IMG/VR virus record: IMGVR_UViG_3300044655_001017
From: a virus
Lineage: Duplodnaviria; Caudoviricetes
Direction: 5' to 3' (one strand)
Length of the DNA: 64,000 nt
Positions 61,428 to 64,000 of this stretch are shown piece after piece (within the stretch, counting starts at the first letter, position 1; each line of letters opens with the position of its first letter). The position numbers and the translations under genes are program-made. The notes below the pieces were generated by a model. That model made no database searches. It was not told where the DNA came from and was given only the letters and a program-made list of their open reading frames with translations.

Positions 61428-62581
61428 GAATTTTATTTTTCATATTGTTGTTATGGTATTCAAATGTAGATGCAGTTCCTAACTATGTACCACTTAGACC
61501 ATTAATGTTAGGATATATTCCATCAAGTATGAATAGTCCAGGTGGTGAGTTCTTTAGTAATGCGTTTGACGGTAATCCCGGAACTAAGTATCTTAACTTT
61601 GATAAACTTAGTGCAGGTGTTATGCTTAAACTGTCACAAGGTAAAGTTATTAGTCAAGTACAATTTACTACAGCAAATGATTCTCCAGAACGAGATCCTG
61701 CTAGTTTTAGTTTATTTGGAAGTAATGATACATCAGGAGGTTGGACGTTAATAACTTCTCAACTTATTGCATTACCTAATAATAGACTTGCAGTTAGTCC
61801 AGTATACCCTATTAACAATACAGAAGCATACGTGTATTATAATATAACGTTTCCAATTGTTAAAGACGCAGGTGCTGCTAACTCTATGCAAATTGCAGAA
61901 ATAACATTCTTGTACGATCAAAATGATCCTACTACTAGCATTGACTTAGGAAGTACGTTACCATGGACTACGTTTCCAAGTGTATATTGCTGCGGTGGCA
62001 GTGGATCTTCATTTAATGCCGCTCCTGCTAATACTGCAAAAGTAACGGCTTTTACATCTAGATCAACTACTGACAATCAAGTATATATAGATCAGTTAGG
62101 AAACAATAACAAGATTACAATTGATCAAAAAGGTACTAACAACAATTATGTAAATTACAGCAGTAATGGCTCGTCTAACACTACTACTATTAATCAAACT
62201 GCAGCCAATAACTTACAAGTAAACTTTATTGACTTAACAGTAAATGGCAATTCTAATTTGCTTAGTATAGATCAAGATACATATACTGCCGGGTTTAGTA
62301 AAGGTGCTTTTATAAATATAACTGATAATAACAACAGTTTAATTTTACAACAAAAGGGTAGTGGAAATTATTATGCTAATATTGAATTATCTGGTGGTAA
62401 TAAACATGTTGATATATTACAACAAGGTGCAGCAAATCATATGACTGATATTACCTTATCAGGACAACCAGTAGACTTGAGTCTACAACAGAGTGGTGCT
62501 ACTCAACAGTATTACTCAATAAACTTTAATTGTGCTACAGTAGGAGGATGCGCACCAATTCAAGTACAACAAGGGCAATAA
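61424..62581 (+). CDS. Secreted discoidin (F5/8 type C)-like plus curlin-repeat hybrid protein
   Basis: Signal peptide; NAFDGNPGTKY...TANDSPERDPASFSLFGSND...WTLI; C-terminal NQVYIDQLGNNN-type curlin repeats. Confidence 0.75.
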   Translation: MRILFFILLLWYSNVDAVPNYVPLRPLMLGYIPSSMNSPGGEFFSNAFDGNPGTKYLNFDKLSAGVMLKLSQGKVISQVQFTTANDSPERDPASFSLFGSNDTSGGWTLITSQLIALPNNRLAVSPVYPINNTEAYVYYNITFPIVKDAGAANSMQIAEITFLYDQNDPTTSIDLGSTLPWTTFPSVYCCGGSGSSFNAAPANTAKVTAFTSRSTTDNQVYIDQLGNNNKITIDQKGTNNNYVNYSSNGSSNTTTINQTAANNLQVNFIDLTVNGNSNLLSIDQDTYTAGFSKGAFINITDNNNSLILQQKGSGNYYANIELSGGNKHVDILQQGAANHMTDITLSGQPVDLSLQQSGATQQYYSINFNCATVGGCAPIQVQQGQ

Positions 62582-62629
62582 CTTTTAGTTAAGGCTATTA
62601 GGAAATTAAAATGTAAATAAGGAATTAAT

Positions 62630-62947
62630 ATGGAAACTTCAAGAGGCGCACTTATTGAAAAGATAATGTTTGCACTAATACCAATCTTATTCTCGTGTAT
62701 AGTGTATTTAATTAACTCATTGTCCAGTGCTAATGAACGCATTACTATGTTAGAGGCAAAAAATCAAACTATAGTTACTGCTGATGCATTACACGAAATG
62801 AATAACAGATTAGATCTAGCTCGTGAAAAACTACGTTAAGATTTATTAACCTTGCAAACTGAAAACATTGAACGTTCTGCAGACAATAAAAGTTCAGTTA
62901 AAGTTTTAGAATGGCGTATTTCTGCATTAGAGAGTCATCAAAAATAA
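62630..62947 (+). pseudogene. Membrane/coiled-coil protein interrupted by an in-frame TAA at 62837-62839
   Basis: Same frame continues 35 codons (DLLTLQTENIERSADNKSSVKVLEWRISALESHQK) to TAA 62945-62947, right before the next ATG. Confidence 0.55.
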
Positions 62948-62948
62948 T

Positions 62949-63734
62949 ATGAAAAAACTTAAAACTTATAAATCAATCTTTATCTCGGATATACACTTAG
63001 GTACTCGAGATTGTAAAGCAGAACAACTTAACGACTTCCTTAAACATAACACTTGCGAAACACTATACTTAGTAGGTGACATTATAGATGGATGGAAAGT
63101 TCAGCAAAATAAACTAAGATGGAAACAAAGCCATACTGATATCATACGTAGATTTTTAAAAATTTCAAGACAACACACTCAAGTTATCTACATAGCAGGT
63201 AATCATGATGAATTTTTAAGACCTATGCTACGATTAGGAATATCATTTGGAAAGATATCTATTGTTAATCAGTGTGATCATATTGGCGTAGATGGAAAGC
63301 GTTACTTAGTTACACACGGCGACTTGTTTGACGGTATAACTAGATTAGCACCATGGTTAGGTTTCTTAGGAGATAAAGGCTACGACTTTATCTTAGGACT
63401 TAATAATCATTTTAATTGGGTGCGTCACAAGTTAGGGTTTGGATACTGGAGTTTAAGTAAATACCTAAAACATAAAGTTAAGAAGGCTGTAGATTTTATC
63501 TTTCAGTTTGAGATTAACTTAACTGACTACTGTAAAAAAAGAAACTATGACGGTGTAATATGTGGACATACACATACACCACTTATTAAAGAGATTAACA
63601 GCATTATACTAATGAATGATGGTGACTGGGTTGAATCTATGTCAGCATTAGTTGAACACCACACAGGTGAATGGGAAATTATATACTGGACGGAGGTAAA
63701 AAGTAATGTGGACATTGATAATGCTAGTAGTTAA
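62949..63734 (+). CDS. Metallophosphoesterase, PlcP / LpxH2-like (UDP-2,3-diacylglucosamine hydrolase family)
   Basis: ISDIHLG, LVGDIIDGW, AGNHDE, THGDLFD, CGHTH, NDGDWVES. Confidence 0.85.
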   Translation: MKKLKTYKSIFISDIHLGTRDCKAEQLNDFLKHNTCETLYLVGDIIDGWKVQQNKLRWKQSHTDIIRRFLKISRQHTQVIYIAGNHDEFLRPMLRLGISFGKISIVNQCDHIGVDGKRYLVTHGDLFDGITRLAPWLGFLGDKGYDFILGLNNHFNWVRHKLGFGYWSLSKYLKHKVKKAVDFIFQFEINLTDYCKKRNYDGVICGHTHTPLIKEINSIILMNDGDWVESMSALVEHHTGEWEIIYWTEVKSNVDIDNASS

Positions 63735-63876
63735 TATACACGATCCAACAGATGTACCCGGAAGAATGAAATTGTTTTTTCCTACAGAACAAGAGTGTGT
63801 GCATGTAGCATCATCACTAACATATACAGTAAAATTTGATTGGTTTAAGGTGACAGCAGAATGTATAAAATCCTAA
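63706..63876 (+). pseudogene. Small protein with an apparent 1-nt frameshift near 63766
   Basis: MWTLIMLVVNIHDPTDVPGR continues sensibly only in another frame (EIVFPTEQECVHVASSLTYTVKFDWFKVTAECIKS) to TAA 63874-63876. Confidence 0.45.
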
Positions 63877-64000
63877 TAGTTTCCGACAACTTGTTTGATC
63901 AAGTTAACGGCGTAGTGACTACGTTCACTAATATAAAAAAACAAGCAGAATTAAACGGATATGAAATAGAAATTATAAACCCTAGTCATTTCCGTTATAT
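63861..64000 (+). CDS. GT4-family glycosyltransferase, 5' part (Agt-like)
   Basis: Read manually: MYKILIVSDNLFDQVNGVVTTFTNIKKQAELNGYEIEIINP; the QVNGVVTT motif is typical of GT4 lipid glycosyltransferases. Confidence 0.8.
   Translation, partial: MYKILIVSDNLFDQVNGVVTTFTNIKKQAELNGYEIEIINPSHFRY

Noticed and set aside
62837-62839. Possible stop-codon reassignment
   Set aside because: TAA, TAG and TGA all end intact conserved genes across the window, so a single read-through case does not indicate an alternative code.

Overview
AT-rich, gene-dense 64 kb segment of a large lytic dsDNA phage genome, most likely T4-like/myovirus. Evidence: denV, nrdA/nrdB/glutaredoxin, Rnl1-type RNA ligase, a gp5.4/PAAR spike gene, long tail-fibre/baseplate genes, TAAATA late promoters and sigma70-like early promoters. 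It carries many host-derived genes: 5-aminolevulinate synthase (hemA), heme oxygenase plus bilin reductase, Fe/Mn SOD, ribosomal protein bS21, RimK, DnaK/Hsp20/ClpS, an OprO/P-like porin, a five-gene curli-like secretion cluster (CsgF/CsgG/curlin/FecR), and a PlcP-like phosphoesterase with a GT4 glycosyltransferase. Features the ORF track missed: (i) a 24-aa PqqA (PQQ precursor peptide) gene at 24113-24187 with a strong SD and its own terminator; (ii) an A_AAA_AAG -1 frameshift site linking ORF 12392-13363 to an ATG-less downstream frame; (iii) a near-identical 56-57 nt leader upstream of both the porin and dnaK; (iv) two structured non-coding RNA candidates (25247-25423 on +, 57265-57363 on -); (v) a shared N-terminal M-[KR]-h-x-[ED]-h motif on about 11 proteins that resembles a capsid-targeting signal. 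PqqA and the porin suggest a methylotroph/methanotroph host (inference). I found no tRNA, rRNA or CRISPR array. All family assignments come from motif recognition by eye; no database search was run.
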